From: Pristiophorus japonicus
Lineage: Eukaryota
Assembly: GCF_044704955.1 (NCBI RefSeq)
Contig: NC_091980.1
Coordinates: 99,324,001-99,388,000, forward strand
Direction: 5' to 3'
Length of the DNA: 64,000 bases
Shown one piece after another: positions 61,101-64,000 of the stretch. Position numbers and translations under genes: made by a program. Within the stretch, counting starts at the first letter, position 1. Each line of letters opens with the position of its first letter. Below the pieces are notes generated by a model, which was not told the DNA's origin, made no database searches, and saw only the letters and a program-made list of their open reading frames with translations.

Positions 61101-64000
61101 ATGGCCACTGGTGGCACAGAGAAACGCTACTGTGTGGATGAGGACTGGGACGACCTCGTGGAAAGACTCCAGCAGAGCTTTGTCACAAAGGACTGGCTGG
61201 AAGAGGCAGCGGCTGACAAGCGGAGGACGCATCTACTGACCAGTTGTGGTCCACAGACATATGCGCTGATGAAAGACCTGCTCGCACACCAAAAGCCAGC
61301 GGACAAGTCCTTCGAAGAGCTCAGCCAGCTGATCAGTGAGCATCTTAAGCCGGCAAGTAGCGTACACATGGCCCGGCACCGGTTCTACTCTCACCGGCGT
61401 CGGGAGGGTCAAAACATCTCGGACTTCATGGCGGAACTGCGGCGTTTGGCCAGTCTCTGAAAGTTCTCTGATGCCTTCAGAGGGGAGATGTTAAGGGACT
61501 TTTTCATCGAGGGCATTAATCATGCCGGCATTTTCAGGAAGCTCATAAAGACTAAGGATTTGACTTTAGAAGGGGCAGCGTTGATAGCTCAGACCTTCAT
61601 GGCAGGGGAAGAGGAGACCAAGCTAATTTACGCACACAGCCCTGGTTTCAATGTTGCGATGAACCAGGTAGTTAATGTTGTAAAATGGACACAGAACCCC
61701 ACAGGCAGGCAAGGGCAATTCGACACCATCCAGGCGGGCAGGCAAGGGCAATTTGACACCGTCCAGGCACCAACTAGCTCCAGGATGGGCCTGCAACAGG
61801 GACAATGGAAAGGGGATTGACAATTCACACCATCACGAGGAACAATGCATCTTGTGATGGGACAATTAACACCCTCGATCAGAGTGCTTAGAAACAGCCA
61901 AACGAGCCATCAGAGAGGAATGCCTGGGAATAGCTCTTTTGTTAACAGCAATCTCAGCTCATGTTGGAGATGTGGGGGCAGACACACTGCAAAAATCTGC
62001 AGGTTCCAACTTTACACTTGTAGGATTTGTAATGTCAAGGGACACCTGGCCAGGATGTGCAAAAAGGCAGCAGCGAAGCTAGTCTGCGAGACAGACGAAC
62101 CAGACGAGGGGTCTGAAATGCAGGATGAGGCTTGGGGAACAACCATGGATGCTGAAGTTCAGAGAGTTCATGTGGCCGACGTCCACAGCTCATACACCCA
62201 AACGCCACCCATGATGGTGAAAGTCTTACTGAATGGCATCCCGGTGCACATGGAACTGAATACCGGAGCTAGCCAGTCCTTCATGAGCGCCCAACAATTT
62301 GAGAGACTATGGCCACACAGAGCTAGCAGGCCCAACTTGGAACGCATTGAGACGCAGCTACGTACGTACACCAAAGAGATCATCCCAGTGCTGGGCAGTG
62401 CAAACTTGGTGGTAATGCATAATGGATCACTGAACCGGCTGCCACTCTGGATTTTTCCGGGAAATGGCCCTGCGCTCTTGGGGAGGAGTTGGCTAGCTGA
62501 GATGAATTGGAAATTGGGGGATGTGCACGCCATTTCATCCATGGAGCGAAGTTCATGCTTGCAGGTATTGCAAAAATTCGAGTCACTCTTTCAACCCGGT
62601 GTCGGAACATTCAAGAGCACCAACGTAGTGATACATATCACTCCGGACGCCAGACCAGTGCACCACAAAGCCAGAGCGGTGCCGTATATGCTGCGTGAAA
62701 AAATTGAAAGTGAACTGAACAGGCTGCTCAGAGAGGGCATAATTTCGCCTGTTGAATTCAGCGACTGGGCAAGTCCCATTGTTCCCAACCTCAAAGACTA
62801 CAAATGGGACAATTAACACCCTCGATCAGAGTGCTTAGAAACAGCCAAACGAGCCATCAGAGAGGAATGCCTGGGAATAGCTCTTTTGTTAACAGCAATC
62901 TCAGCTCATGTTGGAGATGTGGGGGCAGACACACTGCAAAAATCTGCAGGTTTCAACTTTCCATTGTAGGATTTTTAATGTCAAGGGACACCTGGCCAGG
63001 GTGTGCAAAAAGGCAGTAGCGAGGCTAGTCTGCGAGACAGACGAACCAGACGAGGGGTCTGAAATGCAGGATGCCATCAACAAAGCCACCATCAACCGAG
63101 AGTCGCTGCAAGACCAATACCCGCTCCCGAGAGCGGAGGACCTTTTTGCCATGCTGGCAGGTGGTAAGCTGTTCACGAAGCTAGACCTCACTTTGGCCTA
63201 CATGACTCAGGAACTGGCTGAAGAATCTAATTTTCTGACCACCATCATGACACAAAGGATTATTTGTTTACAATAGTTGCCCGTTTGGCATTCGTTTGGC
63301 AGCAGCTATCTTTCAGCGAAACATGGAAAGCTTGCTCAAGTCCATCCCTGGAACGATCGTGTTCCAAGATGACATCCTTATAACGGGTCGAGACACTGAG
63401 GAACACCTCCGCAACCTGGAGGAGATGCTACGCCGATTGGAACGGGTAGGCCTGCGGCTGAAAAAGGCCAAGTGCGTATTTTTGGGCCCAGAGATCGAGT
63501 TCCTGGGCAGGAGGTTTGCCGCAGACAGGATCTGGCCCACTGAATCAAAAACTGAGGCGATTCGCCGGGCGCCCAGGCCCGGCAACACGTCGGAGTTGCG
63601 ATCATCCTTGGGACTCTTGAACTATTTTGGGAACTTCCTGCCGAACTTTAGCACATTGTTGGAGCCGTTACACATGCTCCTCCGTAAAGGTTGTGAATGG
63701 TCTTTGGAGGATTGTCAAGAACGGGCTTTCAATAAGGCGAGGAACCTGCTGTGTTCCAACAAACTGTTGACTTTGTATGACCCCTGTAAAAAACTGGTTT
63801 TAACGTGCGATGCGTCATCCTATGGGGTTGGGTGTGTTTTGCAGCAGGACAACGATGATGGCCGACTCCAACCGGTGGCTTACACCTCCAGGTCGCTCTC
63901 CCAGGCAGAGCGTGGATACGGCATGGCCGAGAAGGAGGCGCTCGCGTGTGTGCACGGTGTGAAAAAGATGCACCAGTACCTTTTCAGTAGACGGTTCGAG
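61101..64000 (+). pseudogene. Ty3/Gypsy gag-pol, decayed, runs off right edge
   Basis: Gag with two CCHC-like knuckles (CWRCGGRH, CRICNVKGH), protease ELNTGAS (D to N), RT WASPIV / KLDL / FQDDILI, and RNase H LTCDASSYGVG. Confidence 0.93.

Overview
This is vertebrate non-genic DNA. The repeat families (DeuSINE, HE1/HER1-type tails, CR1s with (CATAGAAA)n or (CATAAGAA)n tails) suggest a cartilaginous fish, which is an inference. No host gene was recognised. The window is almost entirely nested transposable elements: several CR1 LINEs (two near full length), RTE and Tx1-clade LINE fragments, four PIF/Harbinger elements (intron-containing Myb/SANT gene with or without DDE transposase), Harbinger-type MITEs, and a Gypsy LTR element running off the right edge. 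The most striking object is a 5.15-kb minus-strand LTR element (4466-9616) inserted in a Harbinger Myb intron. It has 615-bp TG..CA LTRs, a 5-bp TSD, a tRNA-Ser(CGA) PBS and a PPT, but no pol. It carries an 85-aa ORF, a 50-aa Vpu/SH-like transmembrane ORF missed by the ORF track, and a lesioned ~700-codon envelope. That envelope looks like an F-type class I fusion protein with an extra N-terminal Cys-rich domain, not a gamma/beta-retroviral Env. A Tx1 element inserted into a CR1 with a clean 14-bp TSD is a candidate CR1-targeting LINE. Family calls come from motif recognition by eye; no searches were run.
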